The translations under genes were made by a program, and so were the position numbers. The notes under the pieces are model-generated. The model saw only the letters and a list, made by a program, of their open reading frames with translations. It did not search any database and was not told the DNA's origin. This document shows, piece after piece, positions 31,379-40,096 of a DNA stretch of 64,000 nucleotides. The DNA is from Chitinophagales bacterium (GTDB lineage Bacteria > Bacteroidota > Bacteroidia > Chitinophagales > UBA10324): assembly GCA_025056305.1 (NCBI GenBank), contig JANWWJ010000031.1:134192-198191 (forward strand), given 5' to 3'. Within the stretch, counting starts at the first letter, position 1; each line of letters opens with the position of its first letter.

Positions 31379-32278
31379 ATGGCAGTGCCCTACAATCCGT
31401 TTAATTTTCTGAAGCACGAAGCCGACATCAACCCGGCTTTTGAACAACAAAATGCTGCTGTAGAGCGACGGGCCCGCTGGTACGGCCTGATGCTGGCTTT
31501 ACTGATTCACGGAATCATATTAGTGATTTTTTTGTATATCATCATCCGACCTCCCTATCCACCGTTGAGCGCCAGCGGCGTTTTTCTTAACCTGGGTTTG
31601 GTAGATATTGGCATGGGTGAAGTCCAGCCTCAGGGCACTGCTGAGCAATTAAGAGCACCTGTGGCTACGGCCACCCCCCCTGCTGCAGTTAAGGCCAACC
31701 CGCAGCCCGTGCTTACTCAAGAAACCGAAGAGGCCCCAGTATGGGCAGAAAAGAAAAACAACAAACCCAAAACAACCGCTGCTGAGTCAAAAAACCCCAC
31801 AGCTACAGCCCAAACGGAAGGTTCAGCAGCCCCCGTTCCACCTAAACCAAAGGCTCTATACCCTGGCAATCAGCAGGTAGCCTCAACGGGAGAGGGAACC
31901 GGCACGCAGGCCGGCGACCAGGGTCGCCCTCACGGCAGCCCGCTTGGAACCGATTATACAGGTCAAGCTGGACTGGGTGGAATTGGCGCAGGCGGAAGCG
32001 GGGGCGGACCTCAGCTGGGCATGAGCGGCCGTCGCATCATCTATTATCCTCCCATAGAAGATGAATCTCAAAAAACCGGCCGCGTAGTCGTAAACATCAA
32101 AGTTGACCGAGCCGGCAATGTCATCTATGCAAAAGCCACGCAAAGAGGTTCTACCACTACGGATGCCTATTTGTTCCGACTTGCCGAAGAGGCAGCCATG
32201 AAAACCCGAATAAATCCCGACCCTGATGCTGCCGAAGAACAGTTCGGCACGATTACCTATACGTTCCGACTAAAATAA
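31379..32278 (+). CDS. tonB: TonB-family energy transducer
   Basis: It has an N-terminal TM anchor, a long Pro/Ala/Gly-rich linker, and a C-terminal TonB_C-like fold (GRVVVNIKVDRAGNV...EAAMKTRINP). It sits directly after exbBD. Confidence 0.65.
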   Translation: MAVPYNPFNFLKHEADINPAFEQQNAAVERRARWYGLMLALLIHGIILVIFLYIIIRPPYPPLSASGVFLNLGLVDIGMGEVQPQGTAEQLRAPVATATPPAAVKANPQPVLTQETEEAPVWAEKKNNKPKTTAAESKNPTATAQTEGSAAPVPPKPKALYPGNQQVASTGEGTGTQAGDQGRPHGSPLGTDYTGQAGLGGIGAGGSGGGPQLGMSGRRIIYYPPIEDESQKTGRVVVNIKVDRAGNVIYAKATQRGSTTTDAYLFRLAEEAAMKTRINPDPDAAEEQFGTITYTFRLK

Positions 32279-32321
32279 ATCAAGGAAATGCGCCGGTGAT
32301 GCTGTCGCTTAATGCAGCCGC

Positions 32322-32459
32322 TCAGCTACGTACATCCTCTGATCCGTTCTGCTGACTAATTTGCCCCGGGCAACCCATCTTGTTGGTGGTACCACAGGAA
32401 GCCCATGCCAGGCTAAGAACCAACAGTAATAAACTTAAAAGAAGTTTGTGTTGAACCAT
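32322..32459 (-). CDS. possible 45-aa lipoprotein
   Basis: The internal ATG gives MVQHKLLLSLLLLVLSLAWASCG, a signal peptide with a lipobox. The ORF is very short and has no homology support. Confidence 0.25.
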   Translation of the reverse strand: MVQHKLLLSLLLLVLSLAWASCGTTNKMGCPGQISQQNGSEDVRS

Positions 32460-32544
32460 TGGAAAAAAGCGTTGATGATTTTGCCTTCGGTTGTGATCTG
32501 CTTTCTTCAAAAGTAAAACATTTCAGTAGCACAAAGAGAAGGTA

Positions 32545-33921
32545 ATGAACGTTCATTTCATCGCCATCGGGGGAAGTGTTATGCACAGCCTGGCTATTGC
32601 CTTACACAAAGCCGGACATACTGTTACCGGTTCTGATGATGTTCTGTACGACCCTGCACGCAGCCGTCTTCAACGCTATGGTCTTTTACCGAAGCAGGAA
32701 GGATGGCATCCGGAGCGCATCCACCGTGGCTTGGATGCTGTGATCGTAGGCATGCACGCACGCCCCGACAACCCAGAACTTCAGCAGGCTTTGCAGATGG
32801 AGCTGCGCGTGTATTCATATCCAAGTTTTCTGGTGGAACATGCCCGCCACAAACGACGGGTCGTGATAGCCGGCAGCCATGGCAAAACAACCATTACAGC
32901 CATGGTCTTGCACGTGTTTCGATGGGCAAAACTGAAGTGTGATTATCTGCTAGGCGCTACCACTGCCGAGCTTGACGAATCGGTGCAGCTCAGTACCGAT
33001 GCCCCCTGGATGATATTTGAAGGCGACGAATACCCCGATGCAGCATTCAGCAGAAAACCGAAGTTTCTGGTTTACGAGCCTCATGCGGCATTGATCAGCG
33101 GACTGGCTTGGGATCATATCAATTTTTTTCCTACAGAACAAGAATACCATCAAGCTTTTGATGCACTGTTAAACGGCATGGCCAACGAAAGCCATGTGAT
33201 TTATTGCGTTGAAGACGCCACACTAGATCGGCTCGTAAAAAAACACCAACATCGCCTGAAAACGGTTCCTTACGCAACGCCGCACTACCATATAGACATG
33301 AACGGTTGGACTCTTTTCTTCAACGGAAAAAATTACACAATGCAACTGATCGGTAAACACAACATGCAAAATACCATGGGAGCAGCTACGCTGTGCCATC
33401 ACGTGGCCGGCATTCCATTAAGCGATGCCCTACAAGCACTCACTACCTTTTCCGGTGCCCACCGACGGCTACAACTCTTAGCCATCAACGATCATTGCAT
33501 GGTATATAATGATTTTGCCCATGCCCCTTCAAAAGTTCGTGCAAGTGTTCAAGCCGTTAGAGAAACTCACCCCGATCGGGTGCTGGTGGCATGTTTGGAG
33601 TTGCACACCTTCAGCAGCCTGAACGAACGCTTCATTGACTTGTACCAACACGCTTTAGCTCAGGCTGATGTGCCCATTGTGCTTTTGGATCGCTCCACCG
33701 TGCTACGAAAAGGACAGACCCCCTTTGAACCGGATCGCTTGCGCCGCGCTTTTGCCGACCATCGACTTCGAGTGGCTTATGATGCTGAAAGCCTGGTCGC
33801 CCTTTTGCAGTCGATTCGATGGCAATCTCATGTGTTGCTTTTGATGAGTTCGGGCTCTTGGGGTGGCCTCGGCGCAGAGACACTTGCTGGCCTTGTTACG
33901 GCTGGGCACAGGCAGACTTAA
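32545..33921 (+). CDS. mpl: UDP-N-acetylmuramate:L-alanyl-gamma-D-glutamyl-meso-DAP ligase (murein peptide ligase)
   Basis: It has MNVHFIAIGGSVMHSLAIALHKAGHTVTGSDD, the Mur ligase P-loop GSHGKTT, and an overall Mpl-like length. Confidence 0.85.
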   Translation: MNVHFIAIGGSVMHSLAIALHKAGHTVTGSDDVLYDPARSRLQRYGLLPKQEGWHPERIHRGLDAVIVGMHARPDNPELQQALQMELRVYSYPSFLVEHARHKRRVVIAGSHGKTTITAMVLHVFRWAKLKCDYLLGATTAELDESVQLSTDAPWMIFEGDEYPDAAFSRKPKFLVYEPHAALISGLAWDHINFFPTEQEYHQAFDALLNGMANESHVIYCVEDATLDRLVKKHQHRLKTVPYATPHYHIDMNGWTLFFNGKNYTMQLIGKHNMQNTMGAATLCHHVAGIPLSDALQALTTFSGAHRRLQLLAINDHCMVYNDFAHAPSKVRASVQAVRETHPDRVLVACLELHTFSSLNERFIDLYQHALAQADVPIVLLDRSTVLRKGQTPFEPDRLRRAFADHRLRVAYDAESLVALLQSIRWQSHVLLLMSSGSWGGLGAETLAGLVTAGHRQT

Positions 33922-33979
33922 CGCCCCGGAATTTCATCTAACGATAAATGCAGAATAATTTGCACCGCCGCTCAACTTC

Positions 33980-34738
33980 TTGACTTTGACTGTCGCCGAT
34001 AGCCTCATCATCATCCCCACTTACAACGAAGGGGAGAACATCGTCCGCTTATTGCCGGAATTGCTAAGGGCATACCCGCATGTGCATGTGTTGGTAGTGG
34101 ACGATAACTCACCCGACGGCACGGCCCAACGCGTGGAAGCGTTGCAGGTGGAATATGCCGACCGCTTGTTCCTGATGCGGCGCCAAAATAAGCAGGGTCT
34201 GGGGACGGCTTACATAGCGGGTTTTCGCTGGGCTTTGAACCGCACCTATCAGTTCATCTTTGAAATGGACGCCGACTTTTCGCATCCCATTCGCTACATC
34301 CAAGACTTATTCGATGCCTGTGCCCAGCAAGGTTATGACGTTGCCATTGGCAGTCGCTACGTCAAAGGCGGTGGTGTGCAGAATTGGCCCGCAGCTCGCG
34401 TGCTCATGTCTTATTACGCCTCTGTATATGTTCGGCTCATCACGTGGATGCCTGTGCAGGATACTACGGCAGGCTTCGTGTGTTACCGCAGGTACGTTTT
34501 GGAAACAATCGATCTGAGCCGCATACGCTTCGTCGGCTATGCTTTTCAGATTGAAATGAAATATGCAGCCTGGTGCCTTGGCTTTCGAATTAAAGAAGTT
34601 CCAATCATTTTTGTGGATCGCATTGAAGGCAGCTCAAAGATGAATAAAAGCATTGTTCGGGAAGCCGCATTAGGGGTGTTACGCATGCGCTGGCAGAGCC
34701 TCTTTCGCTCATACCGAAATCCTTCTGCCCCCCGATGA
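33980..34738 (+). CDS. polyprenol-phosphate mannose synthase (GT2, Dpm1-like)
   Basis: Motifs IIIPTYNEGENI, VVDDNSPDGT, EMDADFSHP, GSRY, and the C-terminal FVDRIEGSSKM. TTG start. Confidence 0.8.
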   Translation: MTLTVADSLIIIPTYNEGENIVRLLPELLRAYPHVHVLVVDDNSPDGTAQRVEALQVEYADRLFLMRRQNKQGLGTAYIAGFRWALNRTYQFIFEMDADFSHPIRYIQDLFDACAQQGYDVAIGSRYVKGGGVQNWPAARVLMSYYASVYVRLITWMPVQDTTAGFVCYRRYVLETIDLSRIRFVGYAFQIEMKYAAWCLGFRIKEVPIIFVDRIEGSSKMNKSIVREAALGVLRMRWQSLFRSYRNPSAPR

Positions 34739-34747
34739 AAGCCGGTG

Positions 34748-34829
34748 TGCCCGGGACTGGATTCGAACCAGCACGCCTCGCGGCGCCACCCCCTCAAGAT
34801 GGTGTGTCTACCAATTCCACCACCCGGGC
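34748..34829 (-). tRNA. tRNA-Leu (anticodon GAG)
   Basis: The reverse complement folds as acceptor GCCCGGG/CCCGGGC, anticodon stem CCATC/GGTGG with loop TT-GAG-GG, a 13-nt variable arm, and T-loop GGTTCGAATCC. Confidence 0.9.
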
Positions 34830-34861
34830 AAATCAGTGCAGCAAAAGTAGTATACCACAGC

Positions 34862-37480
34862 TTAGCGAACGAGCGTGACGTTTCCGGTTAATTCAACCGG
34901 CACGTCGGTGGCTTTGGCCTTGCCTTTTAGATAATAAACATAAACGCCCACGGGTTGTTCTTTCCCCTTGTGCGTTCCGTCCCATCCAAATGAAGGTGGA
35001 AACGGTCCGCCACTCACGTCAATACCTGAAACCTCCCACAGCACTTCCCCCCATCGGTTATAGACTCGAAACACTTCGACGTTTACCAAACCTACCACGA
35101 TGGGGCGAAATAAATCATTGTGTCCATCTGCATTCGGAGAAAAGGCCGAAGGAAACGTTACGACCGGATCATTCTTGACTCGGACCATGACGCATTTTCG
35201 AAAAGTGCATCCTTCAACTGTGGTAACCTCAACACAATATTGCGTTGAGGTTTGCGGGCAAACCGTTGGTGTTGCGCTGGTTGGATCTTCAAAATCTGAA
35301 AGCGGATACCACTGGTAGCTAGTGCCTCCGGAAACGGACAACGTAACACACGTTCCTAAAATGATGACCGTGTCCTGAGAAATGGTAATGGTGGGTTCCG
35401 GAATCACCCATACGGTCACGGAGTCTATCACTACCTTGTTGCACGAGTTGGAATCGGTAGCTTGAAAGACATAGGTGGTGGTTACCGTCGGAAAAGCCAG
35501 CGGACTTTCGGCTGTGGGATCGGATAGCGTTGCCGCTGGTGCCCACAAATAGCTGGTACCCCCTTGTGCCGTTATCTGTACCGTGTCCCCTTCACAGATT
35601 TGCTGGTCGGGGCCGGCATTTATGTTGGGCAGCGGCTTAACAAACACCGTAACCGTGTCAGTACCCACACACGAGCCCACCTTGTTGGTAACCACGTAGG
35701 TAGTAGTGCTTGGCGGCCATGCCAATGGATTGGCTATGTTCGGATTGTTCAACGATGTAGGTGGGAACCATTGAAAAAAGGAGCCCGAGCCTGTGGCTGC
35801 CAACTGCACCGTATCGCCCGGGCATATAACCACATCAGGTCCGGCATTGACAATTACAGTATCGAACACCCAGATGGTGACAGAGGCAGTGTCGGAGCAG
35901 CCGTAGCTGTTCGAAACTATCACGTAGTAGGTAGTGGTAACATCGGGAGCGGCAATGGGATTGGGAATGTAAGGATTACTCAAGTTGTAATTCGGTTGCC
36001 AAACAAAGTTGCCACTGCCGCTGGCATACAACTGAACCTCATCCAAATAACAGATCATGGTATCGCCGGGCGTCACACTGGTTTGCGGTGATGGATATAC
36101 CGCCACGGTCTGTTTGATGGTGTCCACACAGCCGAATGAAGTTTTTACAATCAGCGTGACGGTATATGTTCCAGGCGCGGCATAAGTGTGTGTGGGATTT
36201 TTTGCCGTAGAGCTGCTTCCATCGCCAAAATTCCAGTTCCATTGGTTCACCGAACCATATGTGGCCACAGAAATATCGGTGAACTGTACCGGTTGGCCCT
36301 GGCATGCATCGGGAGCAATCATACCGCCCACCAAAGTGGGAAACACATAAACTGTGGCAGTGGTGGTGTCGCCACACGGAGCGCCGGGATTTACCATCAG
36401 CGTCACCGTGTACACACCGGTATCAGGAAACGTAAATGTGGGCTCAAACAAATTAGATGTATCACTATTTGTTCCGGGCACGCCAAAATCCCAATGAAAA
36501 ACATTGCCCCCGATGCTGTTGTTCTCAAAGGTTACGGTATAGCTGGCGCAATTGTTAACGACCGGAGGTGTGGAAGCCAAAACAGCCGGTGCACACGTCG
36601 TTACATTGAACTGAAAATCGCGCTTGTGTTCACCGATCAGCACGCCGTTGCGGTACTCTTTAACGCAAACGCCAACCACGAAATTGCCGATGGTAGTTGG
36701 ATGGCCGGTCATAAGTCCAGTGACGGGATCAATGCTGAGCGGGGGATTCCCCCCCAAGGGGTTTGTGGCACTGTACGGACTGGCAAAGATTACCGGCCCA
36801 TATGGAGGCGGGGTTGGTGGATTGAAAGGCGTCGGTTGTGGATTGGCGGTACTGGCTCCTTCAAAGGGAGCACACAGCGAGTAAACCAACGAGTCGCCGT
36901 CGGGATCGGTTGCAGAATGATCAAAAACAAAATCATTATTGGCACAGATGACCGTGGGAGGAAATTTGTTGAAATAAGGACTGTTGTTGCACGTGGCAAC
37001 GTTGGGATCCGGGACCGTTTCCAGGTAGGTCGCTCCGGTACTTCCCGGATTGATGAGGTTGGTGATTAAGGCCCCGTTGCGGCAACAGCGTTGGTAAACG
37101 AGCCAGTAGCCGCCTGTTGAGGGCTGTAAGGTGACGGTGGTTTTATAAATGGCCTCTTCTACACAAATCCCTGGAGGTACAATCAGGCATGGATTACCCG
37201 GGTTATTTTCTAAGGTATCGGAACCGGGAAAGGCTACCGATAGGGTTTGAACAATCGTGCCTGAAGCATTAAAAATGAAGATGTAAGCCGGGTTATCGTA
37301 CGCAGCCAAACCATTGTAGCAATCGCGGTAAACTTTCAGGGTGATTTCGTATTGATTGTTGCCAAGACATTTGTAAATCATTTCCCCGCCTACGATATGT
37401 GTGGCTTGCGTCCCTGAAGCACTCAGGAGCATCACCAAGGCTACCCACCATCTGAATTTACTAATCATCAACAATTTCAT
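34862..37480 (-). CDS. large secreted adhesin-like protein with T9SS type-B (gliding motility-associated) C-terminal domain
   Basis: It has a signal peptide, a Cys-rich N-terminal module (ATHIVGGEMIYKCLGNN...), a cadherin-like DPDGDSL segment, 2 PKD-like domains (WNFGDGS..., HTY...GTYTVTL), about 5 repeats of a ~75-aa Cys-containing module, and a C-terminal FPSAFSPNADGHNDLFRP...YNRWGEVLWE...WDGTHKG...GVYVYY. Confidence 0.8.
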   Translation of the reverse strand: MKLLMISKFRWWVALVMLLSASGTQATHIVGGEMIYKCLGNNQYEITLKVYRDCYNGLAAYDNPAYIFIFNASGTIVQTLSVAFPGSDTLENNPGNPCLIVPPGICVEEAIYKTTVTLQPSTGGYWLVYQRCCRNGALITNLINPGSTGATYLETVPDPNVATCNNSPYFNKFPPTVICANNDFVFDHSATDPDGDSLVYSLCAPFEGASTANPQPTPFNPPTPPPYGPVIFASPYSATNPLGGNPPLSIDPVTGLMTGHPTTIGNFVVGVCVKEYRNGVLIGEHKRDFQFNVTTCAPAVLASTPPVVNNCASYTVTFENNSIGGNVFHWDFGVPGTNSDTSNLFEPTFTFPDTGVYTVTLMVNPGAPCGDTTTATVYVFPTLVGGMIAPDACQGQPVQFTDISVATYGSVNQWNWNFGDGSSSTAKNPTHTYAAPGTYTVTLIVKTSFGCVDTIKQTVAVYPSPQTSVTPGDTMICYLDEVQLYASGSGNFVWQPNYNLSNPYIPNPIAAPDVTTTYYVIVSNSYGCSDTASVTIWVFDTVIVNAGPDVVICPGDTVQLAATGSGSFFQWFPPTSLNNPNIANPLAWPPSTTTYVVTNKVGSCVGTDTVTVFVKPLPNINAGPDQQICEGDTVQITAQGGTSYLWAPAATLSDPTAESPLAFPTVTTTYVFQATDSNSCNKVVIDSVTVWVIPEPTITISQDTVIILGTCVTLSVSGGTSYQWYPLSDFEDPTSATPTVCPQTSTQYCVEVTTVEGCTFRKCVMVRVKNDPVVTFPSAFSPNADGHNDLFRPIVVGLVNVEVFRVYNRWGEVLWEVSGIDVSGGPFPPSFGWDGTHKGKEQPVGVYVYYLKGKAKATDVPVELTGNVTLVR

Positions 37481-37489
37481 TTGGGTGTT

Positions 37490-40039
37490 TTAACGAATCA
37501 AGACAAAATTTCCCTTTAAAAAATAAGGCTTTCCTGTACTCAGGGATCTGCCCCGCACATAACACACATATGTGCCGATTTCTTCGGGTCGGCCACCGTA
37601 GGTACCATCCCACCCTTTTTCCGGATCTTGGGTGGTAAACAGCAATATGCCCCAGCGGTTGAATACACTGAACTCTTCCAGCTCAAACAAGCCCACATAA
37701 ATGGGTTTGAAGACATCGTTGATGCCGTTGTTGTCCGGTGTGAAGGCATTGGGCAGCACCACCAAAGGATCTTCATAGACCGTAATCGAAATGGTATCAA
37801 ACAAGCGACATCCTTCAGCCGTGATTGCGTTTATGTAGTATGTGATGGACTGGAGCGGCGTAACGATGGGATTGGGGATGTCGGTGGCACTGAGGTACGT
37901 ATCAGGATACCACTGATAATCCTGTGCACCCCACGCATAGAGCTGAGCAGAAGTACCCAGGAACATCACCGTATCGGGCGTGCTGTGCAGGGGCATAGGG
38001 TATATGACCGTTACCCGCACGGAATCGACGACTGTGAGCGGACAACTGTTGCTATCGCTGGCCGTAAGTTGATACCATGTTGTATAAGGCGGAAAAACCC
38101 AGGGTTCCGCTTCGGCCGGATTGGTGATCCATATGGCAGGAGACCATGAATAAGAAGTGGCACAACAGGCATGAAGCTGCGTTGAATCGCCATAACATAT
38201 TTGCACATCGGGCCCGGCTGAAATATTAGGAAAAGGCTTAATGATCACGGCCACATAGGCCGTGTCGGTACACGACCCTAAAGCAGTGGTGACGGTATAA
38301 ACGGTACTTTGTGCGGGTGAAGCGGTAGGTTGAGCACTCTGCGGGTCCGATAGCCCCACTGCCGGCACCCACCAATAGGTGTATCCCCCACTCACAGAAA
38401 GCTGCGCCGTACCTCCCGGACAGATCACGGTGTCAGCGCTAGTTACCAAATCAAAAGGCCCCAGCACCTGCACAGTTACACTATCCGTGCTGGAACAACC
38501 CCATTGGTTCGTAACGGTAAGTGTGTAGGTCGTAGTTACATCCGGTGAGGCCAATGGCTGAGCTACGGTACTGCTGCTCAATCCATTCGTAGGCGACCAT
38601 TGGTAGCTGCCATTTCCCGAACCTGAAAGCTGAATCGTATCCAAATAACAGATCAGTGTATCGGGATTCGCCCATGCTCCCGGTAAGGGGTGGATGTGAA
38701 CGACAGCTGTTACCGTATCCACACATCCCAGCGAATTCTGTACCTGCAGGGTAACCTGATAGGAGCCTGTGCTTGGAAAGGTGAAAGAAGGATGTTGCTG
38801 AAAACTGCTTCCAAGATTGCCAAATGTCCAATACCAACTAATTACATTTCCGAAAGTGGTCGTGGACGAATCATAAAATTGAACCGGCTGGTTCACACAT
38901 CCATCATCGAAGACAATGTTGCCCTCGAAAGTCGGATACACCAGCACTTTCATTGTGGCGGTATCGCCGCAGGGTGAGCCCGGATTGGCAATGAGCGTAA
39001 CGAAATACAAGCCGGTGTCGGGAAATGTAAAAGTTGGACTGAACTGGGTAGAGGTATCGCTGTTGGTATTTGGAACACCAAAGTCCCACAAATAGCTTGA
39101 GGCCCCGGTACTGAAATTCGGAAAGTTGAATGTAAAGTCATCGCAAGTACTTACCACCGATGGAATGGAGGCAACGGCCGGAAGTGTACATGCTGCAACA
39201 TTGAATTGAAAGTCTCTTCTTTTCTTACTGAGCAAAACGCCATTTCGGTACTCAGACACACATACGCCGACGACGAATTGTCCCAATGTGGTTGGAGTAA
39301 CGGTAAGAACACCGGTGACCGGGTCTATAGACATTGGCGGTAGCCCTCCCATGGGATTAGTTGCAGAATATGGTGCTAAAAAATTCACATACGAATATGC
39401 CATGGGCGGGAAAGGATATGGATTTAACGATGTGGCCCCATTGTAGGGCTCGCACAGCTCATAAACCAAGGAGTCTCCATCAGGGTCGGTGGCCGAATGA
39501 TCGAACACAAAAGGATAATTGGCACAGATCACCGTTGGGGGAAAATTGTTGAAGTAAGGACTGCTGTTGCACGTAGCTAATCCTGAGCCCGGCATCGTCG
39601 CTTCATAAGTAGCTCCTGTACCTCCTGGATTGACGATATTCACAATGGTGTTGTTGCGGCAGCAGCGTTGATAGATCATTTTATACCCTGAAGTATTCGG
39701 CGGCAAGTAAACCTGCCATTGAAATACAGCTTCTTCTACGCAAATGTTAGGAGGAACAATGATGCATGGATTGTTGGCATTATTGGGTAAGGTGTCCGAC
39801 CCAGGAAAAGGAATACTCAAGTGGGTGTATTGCGCACCATTTCCGTCGTAGATAAAAACATAAGTGGGATTATCAAAAGGGGCTTGACCTAAATAACAAT
39901 CCCGATAAACTTTCAGCGTAATCAGGTAATTGTTGTTACCCAGGCATGTGTACGACATTTCTCCACCCACGATGTGCGTTGCACTTCCATCATGGATTGA
40001 GAGCGCCAGTAACGTCCACAAGACGTACGGAAAGCGCAT
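37490..40039 (-). CDS. paralogous large secreted adhesin-like protein with T9SS type-B C-terminal domain
   Basis: Same architecture as the 34862..37480 gene (ATHIVGGEMSYTCLGNN..., DPDGDSLVYELC, PKD-like domains, repeated modules). The C-terminus reads NAFTPDNNGINDVFKP...FNRWGILLF...WDGTYGG...GTYVCYV. Confidence 0.8.
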   Translation of the reverse strand: MRFPYVLWTLLALSIHDGSATHIVGGEMSYTCLGNNNYLITLKVYRDCYLGQAPFDNPTYVFIYDGNGAQYTHLSIPFPGSDTLPNNANNPCIIVPPNICVEEAVFQWQVYLPPNTSGYKMIYQRCCRNNTIVNIVNPGGTGATYEATMPGSGLATCNSSPYFNNFPPTVICANYPFVFDHSATDPDGDSLVYELCEPYNGATSLNPYPFPPMAYSYVNFLAPYSATNPMGGLPPMSIDPVTGVLTVTPTTLGQFVVGVCVSEYRNGVLLSKKRRDFQFNVAACTLPAVASIPSVVSTCDDFTFNFPNFSTGASSYLWDFGVPNTNSDTSTQFSPTFTFPDTGLYFVTLIANPGSPCGDTATMKVLVYPTFEGNIVFDDGCVNQPVQFYDSSTTTFGNVISWYWTFGNLGSSFQQHPSFTFPSTGSYQVTLQVQNSLGCVDTVTAVVHIHPLPGAWANPDTLICYLDTIQLSGSGNGSYQWSPTNGLSSSTVAQPLASPDVTTTYTLTVTNQWGCSSTDSVTVQVLGPFDLVTSADTVICPGGTAQLSVSGGYTYWWVPAVGLSDPQSAQPTASPAQSTVYTVTTALGSCTDTAYVAVIIKPFPNISAGPDVQICYGDSTQLHACCATSYSWSPAIWITNPAEAEPWVFPPYTTWYQLTASDSNSCPLTVVDSVRVTVIYPMPLHSTPDTVMFLGTSAQLYAWGAQDYQWYPDTYLSATDIPNPIVTPLQSITYYINAITAEGCRLFDTISITVYEDPLVVLPNAFTPDNNGINDVFKPIYVGLFELEEFSVFNRWGILLFTTQDPEKGWDGTYGGRPEEIGTYVCYVRGRSLSTGKPYFLKGNFVLIR

Positions 40040-40096
40040 AGGCTCGCTGCCCTTAGCAGGCTTAACGCATAAAAATAGCTAAATTTTTAAGCCTCG

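Noticed and set aside
30953-31450. A 165-aa minus-strand ORF spanning exbD. A similar 161-aa ORF lies at 29057..29542, and others at 43476..43847 and 48349..48885.
   Set aside because: All are antisense to confidently identified genes (exbD, the regulator pseudogene/trmN6, ilvE, fabD paralog) and lack recognisable features.
36188-37069. A 293-aa ORF on the + strand inside the 34862..37480 gene. Similar long antisense ORFs occur at 35564..36091 and 37628..38149.
   Set aside because: They lie antisense to ORFs with strong domain evidence. Their translations are low-complexity and Arg/Gly/His-rich with no motifs. They are typical shadow ORFs of a gene with biased composition.
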